A program made the translations under genes and the position numbers. Positions 60,411 through 64,000 of a stretch of 64,000 bases of DNA are shown here, piece by piece. Location: NCBI GenBank assembly GCA_963766265.1, contig CAVXYX010000001.1, positions 414,297 through 478,296 of the forward strand, given 5' to 3'. The number at the start of each line of letters is the position of its first letter. The stretch's first letter is position 1. This DNA is from an uncultured Alphaproteobacteria bacterium (lineage in GTDB: Bacteria > Pseudomonadota > Alphaproteobacteria > Micropepsales > Micropepsaceae). Below the pieces are notes generated by a model. That model was not told the DNA's origin. It searched no databases and saw only the letters and a program-made list of their open reading frames with translations.

Positions 60411-60532
60411 CGAAGCGGCAGGACATCAAATAAGGCGGCCTTGGCAAATAGCCGAAGCAAATAAGCAAGCGCGGATTGCACGTGGACTGCCGCTTCCGCC
60501 TAGCATCCCCCGTGGGCGAAAGGGAGGCTTGC

Positions 60533-61012
60533 GATGCGTTTTTCCGGATTTGCGATTGCGGCGTTATGCGCTCGCGGCGACGAGCGCGTGGCGGCGGACA
60601 ATTATCCCGTGCCCGATCCCAGCCACATCGTCTTCACCCCGCCCAAGGACGTCAAATGGAAAATGGGCACGGCTCGGACCAGGCGGTGATCTTCGGCGAT
60701 CCCGGCAAGCCCGGCCTCTATGGCATCCTGATCCGCTGGCATGCCGGGCCAATTCAGCCGGCCGCATTTCCACAACACCGACCGCTATGCCTATGTGATG
60801 TCGGGCACCTGGTGGGTGAGTTCGAGCGACACCTATCGACTATCGGCAAGACCTATCCCATGCCGGCGGGCAGCGTGGTCACCGATCTGGCCAACACGGT
60901 GCATTATGATGGCGCCAAGGATGGGGAGGCGCTGCTGGAACTGGTGGGCATGGGGCCGGTGACCACCACGCCGGCGGAAAGAAATAAGCACAAAGGATAT
61001 TCGGGGGCATGA
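60533..61012 (+). CDS. Secreted cupin/DUF4437-like protein (frameshifted)
   Basis: GDPGKPGLY, FSRPHFH, VMSGTWWV, VHYDGAK. Confidence 0.7.
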   Translation, partial: DAFFRICDCGVMRSRRRARGGGQLSRARSQPHRLHPAQGRQMENGHGSDQAVIFGDPGKPGLYGILIRWHAGPIQPAAFPQHRPLCLCDVGHLVGEFERHLSTIGKTYPMPAGSVVTDLANTVHYDGAKDGEALLELVGMGPVTTTPAERNKHKGYSGA

Positions 61013-62580
61013 CGCACGGACTTGACGCCGATCCCGTCACCTTGACGGTGTTCCTGTTGCTGTTCGCGGGTGTCGCGGGCATTGGCCTGTTCGCGGCGCG
61101 CTGGCGCAGGGGCGATCTTTCGCTACTGACCGAATGGGGCCTGGGCGGGCGGCGCTTCGGCACCCTGATCACCTGGTTCCTGCTGGGCGGCGATCTCTAT
61201 ACCGCCTACACCTTCATGGCCGTGCCGGCCTTGATGTTCGGCGCCGGCGCGACCGGCTTCTTCGCCATCCCCTATGGCATGCTGGCCTATCCGCTTCTGT
61301 TCGTGGGCTTTCGCGGCTGTGGTCGGTGGCGCGCAGCCACGGCTATATCACCGCCGCCGATTTCGTGCGCGGCCGTTTCGGCTCCAGAAGCCTGGCGCTG
61401 GCGGTGGCGGTCACCGGCATCGCCGCCACCATTCCTTATATCGCGCTGCAATTGTTGGGCTTGCAGGTGGTGATCGCCGCGCTGGGGATCCAGACCTTGC
61501 CGGGTCTTTCGGCGATTCCCAATCTGCCGCTGCTGATCGCCTTCCTGTTCCTGGCTTTCTACACCTATTCCAGCGGGCTGCGCGGCACCGCCGTCATCGC
61601 CATCGCCAAGGACGTTCATGGTCTATGCCACCGTGATCGCGGCGGTGATCGTGATCCCCATCGAGCTGGGCGGCTATGGCAAGATCTTCGCCAGCATCGA
61701 TCCCAAGACTGCTGCTTCTGGGCCACGGCAACGGCGGACAATCTGGGACCGGGCTTTGCCTATTCCTCGCTGGCGCTGGGTTCGGTGCTGGCGCTGTTTC
61801 TTTATCCCGCACGCCACCACCGGCATGCTGTCTTCGTCCAGCCGCGATGTGGTCGAGCGCAATTCCATCATCCTGCCGATCTATTCCTTCGCCCTGGCGC
61901 TGATCGCGCTGCTGGGTTTCATGGCGGTGGCGGCGGGCGTGAAGGCGATGCCCGGATATGCCGCGCGGCTTCGACCGCTTCGGCAACAATTTCGCCGTGC
62001 CGGCGCTGTTCCTCACCATGTTTCCCAACTGGTTCGCGGGCGTGGCCTTCGCCGCCATCGGCGTCGGCGCGCTGGTGCCGGCCGCGATCATGTCCATCGC
62101 CTGCGGCAACCTTTTCACCCGCAATATCTATCGCGACTTCATCGAGCCCGACTGCACGCCGCAGGCGCGAGGCCCGCGTCGCCAAGATCGTCGCCTTCGT
62201 CGCCAAGCTGGGCGCCTTGTTCTTCGTGCTGGCGCTGAAAAGCTCCTATGCCATCGAGCTGCAGCTTCTGGGCGGCATCTGGATCTGCCAGACCGTGCCG
62301 GCGGTTCTGGTGGCGCTGTTCACCCGCGCCATGCATCCCATCGCGCTCTTGATCGGCTGGGCCTGCGGCATCGCGTGCCGGCACGGCGATGGCCTGGAGC
62401 CTGGGGCTCAAAAGCTCGATCTATGTGCTGCACATTTTCGGCGTGGCGGTGCCCTGCTACGCCGCCCTCAGCGCCCTGGCGCTCAATCTGGGCGTGGGGA
62501 TCGTGCTGAGCTTTCTGTTCAACGCGCTGTCGCGGGCGCAGCGGCGCGGACGAGACGGTGCCGGCGGATTATTTCGCGCG
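61009..62580 (+). CDS. mctP: Sodium:solute symporter, MctP-like monocarboxylate permease (frameshifted)
   Basis: EWGLGGRRFG, WFLLGGDLYTAYTF, IGVGALVPAAIMSI, QLLGGIWI. Confidence 0.8.
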
Positions 62581-63369
62581 CTAGCCGAAGCGACCGGTGA
62601 TGTATTGTTCGGTGCGCTTGTTGTCGGGCGCGGTGAAGATCTTCTCGGTGGCGCCATATTCGACCAGCTCGCCCAGATACATGAAGGCGGTGTAGTCGGA
62701 GGCGCGCGAGGCCTGCTGCATATTGTGGGTGACGATCACGATGGTGTAGTCGGCCGACAATTCGTCGATCAGCTCCTCGATCTTGGCGGTGGAGATCGGG
62801 TCGAGCGCCGAGCAGGGCTCGTCCAGCAGAATCACTTCGGGCCGCGTCGCCACGGTGCGGGCGATGCAGAGCCGCTGCTGCTGGCCGCCCGACAGCGAAA
62901 GCCCCGACGCGTGCAGCTTGTCTTTCACTTCGGTCCACAAGGCGGCGCGGGTGAGCGCGTCCTCGACGCGGCCTTCCATCTCGGAGCGCGGCAGGCGCTC
63001 ATACAATTTGATGCCGAACGCGACATTGTCATAGATCGACATGGGAAACGGCGTGGGCTTCTGGAACACCATGCCGATGCGGGCGCGCAGCAGATTGAGA
63101 TCCTTGACCTTGAGAATGTCCTCGCCGTCCAGGGTGATCGCAGCCTTCGGCGTGCTGGTGGGGATAAAGATCGTAGATGCGGTTGATGGCGCGCAGCAAG
63201 GTGGATTTGCCGCAGCCCGACGGGCCGATGAAGGCGGTGACCTTGCGGTCGTAGATCGGCAGGGTGATGCTCTTCAGCGCCTTGCTGGTGCCGTAGAAGA
63301 AGGACAGATCGCGAATATCGATCTTGGGCTTCTGCGCCGATGGCGACGCGATTCGGTCGCGATATCCAT
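62581..63369 (-). CDS. pstB: Phosphate ABC transporter ATPase
   Basis: [37 protein letters not shown]. Confidence 0.95.
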
Positions 63370-63373
63370 GAGA

Positions 63374-64000
63374 TCAATTCCGTTTGGTTTCGAGCAGGCG
63401 GGCGATGATGGACAGAGGTCAGCACCGTGGCGGTGACCAGCAGCGCGCCCGCCCAGGCGAGCGTGTGCCAGTCGTCATAAGGCGACAGCGCATACTGGAA
63501 GATCACCGCCGGCAGGGACGCCATCGGCGCATTGAAATTGGTGGTGAGGAACTGGTTGTTGAGCGCGGTGAAGAGCAGCGGCGCGGTTTCGCCGGAGATG
63601 CGCGCGATCGCCAGCAGCACGCCGGTGACGATGCCCGCCTGGGCCGCCTTCCAGGTGACGCTGCGGATGACGAAGCTCATCGGCGCGCCCAGCGCGCTGG
63701 CGGCTTCGCGCAAGCCGCTGGGCACCAGGATCAGCATATTCTCGGTCGTGCGCACCACCACCGGGATCACGATCACCGTCAGCGACAGCGCGCCGGCCCA
63801 GGCCGAGAAATGGCCCATCGGCAGGACCACGATCTCGTAAATGAAAAGGCCGGTGACGATGGATGGCGCCGAGAGAAGAATGTCGTTCACGAAGCGCACG
63901 ACGAAGGCGAAGCTCGTGTGCTTGCCATATTCGGCCAGATAGGTGCCCGCGAACAGGCCGATGGGCGTGCCGAAAAACACGGCGATGCACGCTCATCAGC
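63374..64000 (-). CDS. pstA: Phosphate ABC transporter permease PstA (5' truncated by window)
   Basis: [33 protein letters not shown]. Confidence 0.92.

Overview
GC-rich alphaproteobacterial chromosome segment. Gene content and synteny are Caulobacterales/Micropepsales (Rhizomicrobium)-like; this taxonomic call is inference. Many genes are broken by single-base indels that look like long-read consensus errors, so coordinates of frameshifted genes are approximate. The left ~16.7 kb is a flagellin/flagellin-glycosylation island. It holds a NeuB/PseI synthase, a cytidylyltransferase-PseG fusion, and a divergent operon (two SAM methyltransferases, sulfotransferase-like protein, split transketolase, SDR, ATP-grasp enzyme, GH57/deacetylase-fold protein). 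Next come two tandem short flagellins with sigma54 promoters and ftr-like enhancer arrays, flaF, flbT and an FlmG/FlbA-type TPR glycosyltransferase. The rest is mostly housekeeping (hemD, tsaD, xth, hisF, holA, lptE, leuS, porin, yggS, PBP1A, coq7, gluQ, hisE, lnt, corC, ybeY, phoH, miaB, fur, rimI, tsaB, nifU, htpX, rsmB, TipN-like, FNR/Fdx, comM, modE/modA, mctP, pstAB). Best candidates for novelty: the tailoring pathway for a modified nonulosonate flagellin glycan, a structured intergenic RNA at ~29.9-30.06 kb, a hidden 35-aa membrane peptide antisense to the tsaD 3' end, palindromic repeats embedded in gene starts, and a secreted CxxCH + QW-repeat protein.
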